The notes under the pieces: generated by a model
The model's input: the letters and a program-made list of their open reading frames with translations, nothing else
Database searches by the model: none
What the model was told of the DNA's origin: nothing
In this document: in pieces, positions 20,628 to 29,274 of the stretch
How the letters are laid out: each line of letters starts with the position of its first letter
Position numbering within the stretch: the stretch's first letter is position 1
Source of the DNA: an uncultured Verrucomicrobiota bacterium
GTDB taxonomy: Bacteria > Verrucomicrobiota > Kiritimatiellia > CAIKKV01 > CAYSLU01
NCBI GenBank assembly: GCA_964431965.1
Contig: CAYSLU010000021.1
Coordinates: 1,698 to 65,697 of the forward strand
Direction of reading: 5' to 3'
DNA length: 64,000 bases
Program-made: the position numbers and the translations under genes

Positions 20628-21426
20628 TGCGCTGGCCTCGGGGCGGGGCGCCGACCGATTCCCGGTGCTCTCCTCGTGGGTCAGCGCGGGGACCATGGAC
20701 GATGCCGTCCGTCGGATCGCCGGATGGATCGCGGGGCGCGAGCGTCGCTACGTGAACCTGTGCACGTCAGACACGATTCTGCAGTGCCATGATACGCCTG
20801 CGCTTCGCGCGGCGGTCGCCGGGGCGGGGATGGCTGCACCGGATGGCATGCCGCTCGTATGGCTGGGGCGGCTGCGCGGCTGCCGCGTGGGCCGGGTGTA
20901 TGGGCCCGACCTGATGCTGCGCGTATGCGAGGCCGGCGTGGCTTCGGGCTGGCGGCATTACTTCTACGGGTCGAGTGCGGACGTGCTGGCGGATCTGGAG
21001 CGGCGCCTGCGCGAGCGCTTCCCGGGCCTGATCGTGGCGGGCCGGCATGCGCCGCCATTCCGGGTGCTGACCGAGGCGGAGGAGCGCGCCGACGCGGATC
21101 TGATCAACGCTGCCCGGCCGGACATCGTCTGGGCGGGGCTGGGCACGCCGAAGCAGGACTACTGGGTTGCGCGGCAGCGCCCGGCGCTCGACGCGCCGGT
21201 GCTCATTGCCGTCGGTGCGGCCTTCGCATTCCACGCCGGTCATCTGCGGCAGGCGCCGCGCTGGATGATGCGCTGCGGCCTGGAATGGGCGTTCCGGCTG
21301 GCCATCGAGCCGCGGCGCTTGTGGCGGCGGTATGTGCTGGGCAATCCGCGTTTCGTGTGGCTGGCGGCGAGGCAGTGGCTGACGGGCCGACCGACGCCGG
21401 ACCGGTCGAGCGGAGGTGCGGCCTGA
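20593..21426 (+). CDS. WecB/TagA/CpsF family glycosyltransferase (GT26); start uncertain
   Basis: PDGMPLVW, RVYGPDLM, GLGTPKQD, VGAAF, GLEWAFRL..EPRRLWRRY. Confidence 0.92.
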   Translation: MTTTTPARPPSDALASGRGADRFPVLSSWVSAGTMDDAVRRIAGWIAGRERRYVNLCTSDTILQCHDTPALRAAVAGAGMAAPDGMPLVWLGRLRGCRVGRVYGPDLMLRVCEAGVASGWRHYFYGSSADVLADLERRLRERFPGLIVAGRHAPPFRVLTEAEERADADLINAARPDIVWAGLGTPKQDYWVARQRPALDAPVLIAVGAAFAFHAGHLRQAPRWMMRCGLEWAFRLAIEPRRLWRRYVLGNPRFVWLAARQWLTGRPTPDRSSGGAA

Positions 21427-21455
21427 GTGGTGCCATACAGGATGAGGGGCGGGGC

Positions 21456-22397
21456 GTGGTCCTGGCGCGTCGTGCGCTGGTGCTCGGGATTGTCGTCCTC
21501 GGCGCGGCCCTGTTCCATTTCTGGGGAAACACCTACGCCGGGCTCGATACGCGCGAATCGACACGCTCCTGCTTCGTGTGGCTGGGGCGGCGGTGGCGCG
21601 ACAGCGCGGCCTCCTTCGGGGGTGGCGACTACTCGCATGCGTGGCTGATTCCGCTGATCAGCGCGTGGCTGGTCTGGCGGCAGCGGGCGGCGCTTCGCAC
21701 CGCACCGGCTGGCGTGAGCCTTACGGGGTTCGCGGTCACGGCGTTCGGGCTGTTCCTGCACTGGGCCGGCGCCCGGGCCCAGCAGCCACAGGCCTCGGCC
21801 GTGGCGATGGTCGTGCTGTGCTGGGGTATCCCGCTCTACCTGCGCGGCTGGCCCACTGCGCGCATCCTGCTCTTTCCGTGCGCCTATCTGCTCTTCTGCA
21901 TTCCCTGGAACTTCTTCGATAGCTTGACGTTTCCGCTCCGGCTTGTCGCGAGCATGATCTCGGCGGGGGTGCTGAACGGGATCGGCATCGCGTCGGTGCG
22001 GGCCGGCACCGCCATCTATTCGGCCGACGGGAGCGGGTTTAACTTCGACGTGGCGGATCCGTGCAGCGGGATTCGATCGCTGCTGGCGATGATGGCCCTC
22101 ACGGCGCTGTACGCGTACTTCCGGCGCGGCTCGATCGTCAAACGGTGGATTCTGTTCGTCGGATCGCTTCCGCTGGCGATGGCGGGGAATATCGCGCGCA
22201 TCGTGGCAATTGCGATCGTGGCGCGGGTCCTCGGCCCGGAGGCGGCGGAAGGCGCCTACCATAGCCTTTCGGGCTATATCTTCTACACGGTCGCCGTGCT
22301 GCTGATGCTGGGGCTCGGCGGGCTGCTCGATGTCGATATGCGCGAGTGGATGCGGCGTCACCGGGCGAGTCGCACGAGCCGGAGGTCGGCGCCGTGA
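21456..22397 (+). CDS. Exosortase (EpsH family); start approximate
   Basis: DYSHAWLIP, catalytic VADPCSGIRSL, NIARI, YH (Cys/Arg/His triad); about 8 TM. Confidence 0.9.
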   Translation: MVLARRALVLGIVVLGAALFHFWGNTYAGLDTRESTRSCFVWLGRRWRDSAASFGGGDYSHAWLIPLISAWLVWRQRAALRTAPAGVSLTGFAVTAFGLFLHWAGARAQQPQASAVAMVVLCWGIPLYLRGWPTARILLFPCAYLLFCIPWNFFDSLTFPLRLVASMISAGVLNGIGIASVRAGTAIYSADGSGFNFDVADPCSGIRSLLAMMALTALYAYFRRGSIVKRWILFVGSLPLAMAGNIARIVAIAIVARVLGPEAAEGAYHSLSGYIFYTVAVLLMLGLGGLLDVDMREWMRRHRASRTSRRSAP

Positions 22398-23227
22398 GTC
22401 GAGGACTCAGTCCATACCTGGTCGTGCTGGCCCTGCTGGGGCTTACGGCGCTGGGCTTGGTGTTCGGCGTTGATGTCACGGTCTCCGACGAGGCCGGGAT
22501 CCGGACCGAGCTGCCGGAGCACGTCGGCCGATGGATCGGGCACGAGCTGGTGTTCTGTCAGAACGAGCGGTGCATGCGCGAGTTCGCGGCGGACGCGCTG
22601 GCCGATCCGAGCCGGTGTCCCGTGTGCGAAGGCGAGCTGGGCCCGCTGGCGCTTGGTGAACGGCAGCTCCTGCCGGCCGATACCGTGATCGCCCGCCGGC
22701 GCTATATCGGGCCGGACGGCCAGTCGATCGTGGCGACCATCGTGCTGAGTGGCCGGGAGCGCGCGAGCATCCACCGCCCCGAGATCTGCGTGACCGGGCA
22801 GGGGTTCCGGACCGCGGGGGCGGGCGTGGAGGCTGTGCCGCTGCCGGGCCGTCCTCCGCTGAAGCTCATGGGGCTGGATCTGGCCCGCGCGCTGGGTCGG
22901 CCGGGTCGGCCAGGTCCCGAGCAGCTCTCGCATTTCGCGTACTGGTTCGCCGGGAAGGGGCGGGAGACGCCGCGACACGTCCAGCGCCTGTGGTGGCAGA
23001 TGACGGACCGTGTGTTTCACTCCGTCTCGCACCGGTGGGCCTACATTTCCGTACACACGCCGCGGCAGGAGCGGTCAGACGTCCACCTGCGCCGCATCCG
23101 TGAGTTCATCCGCGAACTCTATCCCCTGATCCAGCCCGCCGCGGGCCGCGCGGCCGGCGCGCGAACGAGCGAGGCGCTCAGTACGCCCCGCGCGGGAACA
23201 GGATCGCCCGCACCGTCCGGAGGATGA
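22394..23227 (+). CDS. Exosortase-associated EpsI-family protein with Cys-rich insert
   Basis: N-terminal TM, LLPADT...RRY, SIHRPEICVTGQG, FAYWF; GGAGG RBS at 22381. Confidence 0.8.
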   Translation: MSRGLSPYLVVLALLGLTALGLVFGVDVTVSDEAGIRTELPEHVGRWIGHELVFCQNERCMREFAADALADPSRCPVCEGELGPLALGERQLLPADTVIARRRYIGPDGQSIVATIVLSGRERASIHRPEICVTGQGFRTAGAGVEAVPLPGRPPLKLMGLDLARALGRPGRPGPEQLSHFAYWFAGKGRETPRHVQRLWWQMTDRVFHSVSHRWAYISVHTPRQERSDVHLRRIREFIRELYPLIQPAAGRAAGARTSEALSTPRAGTGSPAPSGG

Positions 23228-24644
23228 TCTTCAGATCCAGCATGGCACTGGCGTTGCGCAGGTAGTAGAGGTCCAGGACGCACATGCTGTGGAAGTCGAG
23301 ATCACTCCTGCCGGAAACCTGCCACAGGCACGTCAGGCCCGGCATTCCCTCATGCCGGCTGTAGTGCCACTCCTCGTAGTAGCTGTTGAAGTCCCGCCGC
23401 GGTAGCGGCCGGGGCCCAACCATCACCATCTCCCCCCTCAGGACGTTCACGAGCTGCGGCAGCTCGTCTAGGCTGAACCTCCGCAGCACTCGCCCGACCC
23501 GCGTGATCCGCGGATCCTTCCGCACCTTGAAGAGGGCCCCGGACTGGTTGAACTCTTCCATTGCGACCTGCAGCTCCTCCGCCCGATTGTGCATCGTGCG
23601 GAACTTGAGCATCTGGAACGGCACGCGATTCACGCCGATGCGCTCCTGGATGAACAGGACGGGACGTCCCCCTGTGGCGAGGATCAGGAGCGCGATAAGG
23701 ACGAGGAGCGGGCTGAGCAGGATCAGGAGCAGCAGCGATGCCGCCCGGGAGACGGCCTTCTGGATGGCGATGCGTCGGTCGGGATTCGGGTTCAGGCCGA
23801 AGTGAACCAGCGGCACGCCGTAGACCGTATCGACCGTCACCCGGGCCTTGTGCACGAGCACGTCGAGGTGGTTCGAGAGCACCTTGGTCATCGCCCCCGC
23901 CGTGCGCGCCCGGTCCAGCAGCTTCATGATCGGTGCCACGTCGAGCCCCGGCTCGGCGCAGATGATCATCGCCACCCCAAGCTCTTTCGCGCGCGCCGCG
24001 ACGGCGTCGATCGATTCGTCGGGCCGCGCCGGATCGAATCCAATCCGCCCCGCGAGGCGAATCCCCTGCGGCTCGTCGGCCTGGATGATATCGCGGATGA
24101 AGCTGGCGTGGCGGTTCTCGCCCACAAGGAGCGCGGGGCAGATCCCGCCTCCGAGGTGACCGCGGTCGCGGCGCAGGATCCGGTCGGCGAGCGCCCGGCC
24201 GAACGGCGCAAAGGCCGCGTTCAGGAACAGGATGGTCAGGAACATGCTGCGCGGATGGAACCAGTTCCGGCTCAGGTAGAAATAGCCGAAGAAGACGAGC
24301 AGGGCCAGGATGCTGGCCATGGCGAAGTTCCACGGCGTGTCGCGGCGGCGGATCAGGCGGCGCCCCGCATAGAAATCCATGGCCCCGTAGATGAAGCAGA
24401 GCGTGCCGGCCAGGAAGAACAGGATTCGCGGAGCGGCGGCCAGATAGAAGTCCACGTAGTCGACCGCCCCGGGCGGAGGCAACTGGTCGAAATGGAAGAG
24501 CCCGTTGACCGCGTCATACGCGCGCTGGCCGTACCAGCTCGCGAAGCGCAGCCAGATCGTCGCGTAGTACGCCGCGACGATGGCGAAGACGTCGGCCAGA
24601 AAGTACAGAAAGCCGTGTCTCAGCAAGTTCCCGCGCGGGGTCAT
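23178..24644 (-). CDS. Priming undecaprenyl-phosphate sugar phosphotransferase (WcaJ/WbaP-like)
   Basis: N-terminal TMs, FQMLKFRTM, DPRITRVG, SLDELPQL, VGPRP, PGLTCLWQVSGR. Confidence 0.92.
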   Translation of the reverse strand: MTPRGNLLRHGFLYFLADVFAIVAAYYATIWLRFASWYGQRAYDAVNGLFHFDQLPPPGAVDYVDFYLAAAPRILFFLAGTLCFIYGAMDFYAGRRLIRRRDTPWNFAMASILALLVFFGYFYLSRNWFHPRSMFLTILFLNAAFAPFGRALADRILRRDRGHLGGGICPALLVGENRHASFIRDIIQADEPQGIRLAGRIGFDPARPDESIDAVAARAKELGVAMIICAEPGLDVAPIMKLLDRARTAGAMTKVLSNHLDVLVHKARVTVDTVYGVPLVHFGLNPNPDRRIAIQKAVSRAASLLLLILLSPLLVLIALLILATGGRPVLFIQERIGVNRVPFQMLKFRTMHNRAEELQVAMEEFNQSGALFKVRKDPRITRVGRVLRRFSLDELPQLVNVLRGEMVMVGPRPLPRRDFNSYYEEWHYSRHEGMPGLTCLWQVSGRSDLDFHSMCVLDLYYLRNASAMLDLKIILRTVRAILFPRGAY

Positions 24645-24652
24645 GGCCGGTG

Positions 24653-24682
24653 AGTATAGGGGTTGCCGTTCCATGGACGCAA
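24653..24682 (-). promoter_or_regulatory. sigma70-like promoter of the sugar transferase, probably giving a (near-)leaderless mRNA
   Basis: TTGCGT-N18-TATACT on - strand, 8 nt before the ATG at 24644, no Shine-Dalgarno. Confidence 0.5.
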
Positions 24683-24698
24683 GTCGGAGGGGCGCCAT

Positions 24699-27600
24699 CT
24701 AGCTGACGTCTACGGCCGACGTCACCTCGCGGCCGGTGAACGGCTCGAAGGCGGTGATGGTCCAGCGGCCGCGGCGGGCGTTGTCCGCGAGCGGCTCCTC
24801 GACGCGCAGAACGCCGTTTGTCGCGCACAGCCGTCCGCCGTACGCGCGGCGCTCCGTTCCGCCTGCATCTGCTACGCGCACGTCGACGATCTGATCGCCG
24901 CGAGCCGGGGCGCCGACCTCGTTCAGCAGCCGCACGGTGAAGCCCAGCCGCCCGCCGGCCTCGGCCCGGGCGCTGTCGGGCACCAGCTCCAGCCGCTCCG
25001 CGACCGATGGGTAGAACCCCACGATCCAGCCCTCCCGCTCGTCGAGGTCCGCGTCCACCTCGATTCCCTCCGCGGTTTGCCGAAACGCGACCGATCGCCG
25101 CGTGACCATGTCCCGGGCCGCAACCGCGCGGATGGGCGGGCGGTGCAGCGTGATGTGGCCGCGCTGCCGCCCGCCGGCATGGTTGACGGCTACCAGCACC
25201 AGCGTATCGGATGTGCGGAGCATGTTCGCCTCGATCCATGCGTTGGAGCTGGCGGCGTGCGGGCGAAGGCCGGCGCCGAAGAAGAAGACGCGGACGACCG
25301 CCTCGATCTGCTCCTGCAAGACCAGGTCCTCCCCTTCGACGGCCGCCGTGTACAGCTCGTTGAGGTCGGCGGAGAGCAGAAGCCCCCGGCCCCTGTCGCA
25401 GGTGCTGCGCGTGAGCGTCACCTGCCGGTGGAAGTGCTCCGGCTCGGCTCCCTCGAACACCGGGGCCAGGATGGCGGAGGCGCCGCCGGCCAGGTTGCGC
25501 GAGGGAACCCCGTCACAGATCAGCGCGCCCCCGCGCCGCACCCAGTCCTCGATGGCCCGGGCATCGGCGTCGTCCATGTACTCGACGCCGGCCAGCACGA
25601 GTCCGCCATACCCATCGAGCGCGCCGTCCCGCAGCGCCCGCTGATCGATCACGTCGGCCTCGCCGAAGGAGCGCACCAGAAGCTCGGCCACGTTGACGGC
25701 GGACCGGTGGTAGGGCCAGACCGCGTCATACGGGCGGGCTTCGAGGCCGTAGAACCCAAGGCCCACATGACGGTCCGGTAACCGTCGCGGGGGGATCCGG
25801 TAGAGCCGGTCATGGAACGGAAAGACCATGGCCACTGACCGCTGCGGCGGCTCCGCGCGATCCAGCAGCGGAGCGACCTGCCGCACCTTCCGGACGTCCG
25901 CGGCGAAGGCGTCGAACTTCTCTTCCCTGCAGTTCTGCTTGCTGCTGAACGGCCCTTTCGACATCAGGTGGAACGTCTTGGCGCCCGCCCCCACCGCGGT
26001 ATAGAGCGTTTCGGAGGGCGCGCGGAGCGGATCCCATGGCGTGACGGGCGCATCCCGGTCCGTGACCTGGATGTAGAAGCCGAACCGCTGCCGGTTGCGA
26101 CGGGCGAGAAACCGGAAGTGGCCGGACAGGTAGTGGAACTCGTTCCACCGGAGCGAGCGCGAGCCGCGCCAGTGCGGGTACATGTAGTTGTAGCAGTCGA
26201 ACTCGACGAAGTCCGCGTGCGGCGCCCACGGCAGATCCTCGGCGACGCCGTGCGCGGCTGAGAGGCAGCCGCTGCCGATGCCGCAGAGGACATGGTGCAG
26301 GCTGGGGCCCGGGCCCAGCGACTTCCATGTCTCGTACCCGAGGCGGAACGCCTCGGCTGCGTACTCCACGATCCACTCGAAGTAGTCGCGGGTGCGGCCG
26401 TCCCGGGCGGCGATTGCCTCATCCCACGTCGGCATCGGATAGCCGTGGCGTCGTTCGAACTCGCTCCGGCACCGGGCGCAGCGACATACGTTTCCGCGCA
26501 TCAAGTGGGGCTCGTCCAGGATCTCGAACGAGGCGAGGCGCGGGATGCGCTCGGCGGCGAGGTGCACGCGGTCCAGCATGCCGCGGAGCGCGGCCGCGTG
26601 CTCGGGGTCGAAGAGGCATGGCCGGGTCGGTCGGGAGCCCTCGTCCCCATAGTGGGCGTGCGTGCTGAGCAGCGTCAGCCTGGAGTACTCGCCCCACAGG
26701 TCCAAGCCGTCCCGCTGAATCCGATACTGCTGGTAGGCCGTGGCATCGAACGCGGGCGGCGGTGCGAGCCGGTCCTCCGGACTCGGCAGCCCCGTCGAGA
26801 ATGCGGTGAAGCCGCGGCTGGTGAAGTAGTCGACCCACCAGTCGATGCGCTCCTCGGTGGCCCCGTGCGCGTTGGCGACAAACGAGAAGCCGATGCGGCG
26901 CAGCGGATCCGCCACGCTGAAGCGGACGCGCGCCTCGTCGTCGCCCGCCCGCAGCGCGGCCTCGTAGTCGCCGGTCTCAAGCCGGGGCAGCGGGACGTCG
27001 ATCGCCCCGGCGGTCACGCGCTCCCGACGCAGCACCTCGCGTCCGTCGAAGTCCCGGATCGTCAGCTGGCCTGACAGCGGACGCGTGGCGGAGGCCGCGA
27101 GCGGAAGGGCGCGCCCGGGCGCCGCCACGAAGCCGCCGTGCCGGATCCACAGGCGCAGGTCCGCCGGCGAGCGAGCGTCAAGCGTGACGATCCGGACGTT
27201 GCACGGCGCCTGCCGCCCGACGGGCGGTAGGCCGTCGCCGGTCCGGGGTGGTGCGCCGGCGCCGGTCACCTCGATCCGTACCTGCCAGAGCCCGGGCGCC
27301 GGCGGGACGAACTCGTAGTCGACCGTATCGCCTTGAACCGGCACGCTGCTGCGTTGGACGGGCTCGAATTGCGGCTCGCGTCCGGCCGCCAGCCACCCGG
27401 GATCAGCGCGGCTGATTGCGGCCTGGGCCTGCCATCCTGCCCCGGGGTCAGCCGCGAGGCGCAGGGTGATGCGCCGCTGGTCGCCCGCCAGCCGGGGCGA
27501 GGAGTCGATGGCGCATGCGGTGATCGCCAGATCCTGGTCGCGACGCATGAGCCACGCCATCGTCTGGCGCAGGAGCTCGCCCCAGGCCGGCGTCCGGAAC

Positions 27601-28256
27601 ATGGTGTCGGTCGCATCGCCCGGATAGGCGCTGACCATCACGACCCGGCCGCGGCCGTAGGTGCCGGCGAGGATGATCGGCGCCTGCTCCGACCGGGCCA
27701 CGATGGCGGCAGAGGCCGTGGGCCGGCACGGTTGAGCATGGCGAATTTCGCCAAGCGGGCCGCTCAGGCCGCGCGCGATCGGATGGTCGGCTGCGAGGGT
27801 GACCGGCGCGGCCGGGCAGGTTGACTCGGGTGCCGGCGGGTCGTTCCACAGGCGGGTCGCCTTGTCAGGCTGCAGCTCGATCACGGCGGGCATCGCCTCC
27901 CGGAACGGACCCCAGTTGCGTTGCCCGCTGGAGAACGAATGAGGGCCGCCGATCATCAGGACGCCTCCGCCGCCCTCAACGTACGCCAGCAGGTTGTACA
28001 GGTCATCGGTATCGAAGACGCAGGGGTCGATATCCGCGAGCACGACCGCGTCGAGCGCGTGCAGGCCGACGTGCTGCTGGAGCGTGGCGTCGAGCCGCTT
28101 CGGCAGCGGACGCGTGAGCGGAAGATGCAGCCCGAAGAAGAAGCTCTCCGTCCAGCGCGCCAGGAACGGCAGCTCGCGCAGCGCGCGGCGGACCCCGTAG
28201 TCCGGCGCCGCACCGCACTCCGCGTGAAACACGACTCGAACGCCTTCCGGATCCAC
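24699..28256 (-). CDS. Large multidomain protein: GATase-like N-domain + GH42-like TIM barrel + trimerisation-like domain + C-terminal beta-sandwich
   Basis: DAVVLAD..YVEGGGGVLMIGGPHSF; ILDEPH followed by CRCARC; GYGGLVLAG..DWVRRGGALI; no signal peptide. Confidence 0.6.
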   Translation of the reverse strand: MDPEGVRVVFHAECGAAPDYGVRRALRELPFLARWTESFFFGLHLPLTRPLPKRLDATLQQHVGLHALDAVVLADIDPCVFDTDDLYNLLAYVEGGGGVLMIGGPHSFSSGQRNWGPFREAMPAVIELQPDKATRLWNDPPAPESTCPAAPVTLAADHPIARGLSGPLGEIRHAQPCRPTASAAIVARSEQAPIILAGTYGRGRVVMVSAYPGDATDTMFRTPAWGELLRQTMAWLMRRDQDLAITACAIDSSPRLAGDQRRITLRLAADPGAGWQAQAAISRADPGWLAAGREPQFEPVQRSSVPVQGDTVDYEFVPPAPGLWQVRIEVTGAGAPPRTGDGLPPVGRQAPCNVRIVTLDARSPADLRLWIRHGGFVAAPGRALPLAASATRPLSGQLTIRDFDGREVLRRERVTAGAIDVPLPRLETGDYEAALRAGDDEARVRFSVADPLRRIGFSFVANAHGATEERIDWWVDYFTSRGFTAFSTGLPSPEDRLAPPPAFDATAYQQYRIQRDGLDLWGEYSRLTLLSTHAHYGDEGSRPTRPCLFDPEHAAALRGMLDRVHLAAERIPRLASFEILDEPHLMRGNVCRCARCRSEFERRHGYPMPTWDEAIAARDGRTRDYFEWIVEYAAEAFRLGYETWKSLGPGPSLHHVLCGIGSGCLSAAHGVAEDLPWAPHADFVEFDCYNYMYPHWRGSRSLRWNEFHYLSGHFRFLARRNRQRFGFYIQVTDRDAPVTPWDPLRAPSETLYTAVGAGAKTFHLMSKGPFSSKQNCREEKFDAFAADVRKVRQVAPLLDRAEPPQRSVAMVFPFHDRLYRIPPRRLPDRHVGLGFYGLEARPYDAVWPYHRSAVNVAELLVRSFGEADVIDQRALRDGALDGYGGLVLAGVEYMDDADARAIEDWVRRGGALICDGVPSRNLAGGASAILAPVFEGAEPEHFHRQVTLTRSTCDRGRGLLLSADLNELYTAAVEGEDLVLQEQIEAVVRVFFFGAGLRPHAASSNAWIEANMLRTSDTLVLVAVNHAGGRQRGHITLHRPPIRAVAARDMVTRRSVAFRQTAEGIEVDADLDEREGWIVGFYPSVAERLELVPDSARAEAGGRLGFTVRLLNEVGAPARGDQIVDVRVADAGGTERRAYGGRLCATNGVLRVEEPLADNARRGRWTITAFEPFTGREVTSAVDVS

Positions 28257-28275
28257 GGCACGTCCTCCCTGACGG

Positions 28276-29274
28276 TCACGGCCGGGCAGCCGCCCTCGCG
28301 CTGTACTCCTGGAGCAGCGCCGTGTAGATGCGGTAGTCGGCCAGCGACACCTGCGGCGGCGTCTGGTGGTCGCACGACGGGATGAAGCGCCCCGCCCGCA
28401 TGGCCGGCAGCAGCCGCTCGAACTCCGCCCGCATCGCTGCCTCCCCGCGCCACATCACCATCTTGTCGTACGCCCCGATGAACCGGAACTCCGGGTGCCG
28501 CCGCCGGAGCGCCACGATATCGACGCCAGCGGCACGCTCGAGCGGGAGAAGCCCCTCGACGCCGACCGATTCGAACCAGGGGATAAGCTCCGAGATGTCG
28601 CCGTCCGAGTCCACGATCGGCGTGATGTCGAACTCGCGCAGGAGCGGGATCAGGCGGCGATAGTACGGGGCGATGAACTCCTCGAAGCACGCGTGGGAGA
28701 CCATGGGGCCGAGGTTGTACGACATATCCTCTGCGACCGTCGCGAACTCCGGCTTCACGATGCGGCAGAACCCGCGGACGACCTCCAGATTGAACGCGAG
28801 CACGTCTTCATTGATCCGGTGAATCAGGTCCGGCTGGTCGTGGAAGGCGTAGAGGTGGCGCTCGATACCCAGGATGCGGCGAGGGAACCAGAAGAATCCC
28901 TCGAGGGTCAGCCAGATGACGAGGTCCCCCCGGCGGTGCTGAGCGAGCCACTCCGGTCGAAGCAGGGCCGGAAAGTCCGTCCGGGGATAGAGCAGCGGCC
29001 GGAGTCGCTCGTAGTCGCCGGGATCCGCCGCGATGCCGGCGCCGTGGGCGGCGGGGCTCGGCGCACCGGGGCCGATCGCGCCGATCCAGAACTGACGGTA
29101 GGGATCGAGCCCCAGATGAGCGCGGATGTCCGCTCCATCGGTCAGGTCGGCGGGCAGGCCCTCCGCGCGCCAGCGGTCGATCGTCTGGTTCCACCAGCCG
29201 GCCCACTCGATGACGGGCAGGCGGTCGACGGGCTGCCCGGCCATGACGGCGCGGAAACGGTCGACGTGGTTCAT
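28276..29274 (-). CDS. Uroporphyrinogen decarboxylase / MtaA-CmuA family protein (not canonical HemE)
   Basis: DRLPVIEWA, AEDMSYN.GPMVS, VDSDGD, GAYDK, FIPSCDHQTPP. Confidence 0.8.
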   Translation of the reverse strand: MNHVDRFRAVMAGQPVDRLPVIEWAGWWNQTIDRWRAEGLPADLTDGADIRAHLGLDPYRQFWIGAIGPGAPSPAAHGAGIAADPGDYERLRPLLYPRTDFPALLRPEWLAQHRRGDLVIWLTLEGFFWFPRRILGIERHLYAFHDQPDLIHRINEDVLAFNLEVVRGFCRIVKPEFATVAEDMSYNLGPMVSHACFEEFIAPYYRRLIPLLREFDITPIVDSDGDISELIPWFESVGVEGLLPLERAAGVDIVALRRRHPEFRFIGAYDKMVMWRGEAAMRAEFERLLPAMRAGRFIPSCDHQTPPQVSLADYRIYTALLQEYSARAAARP

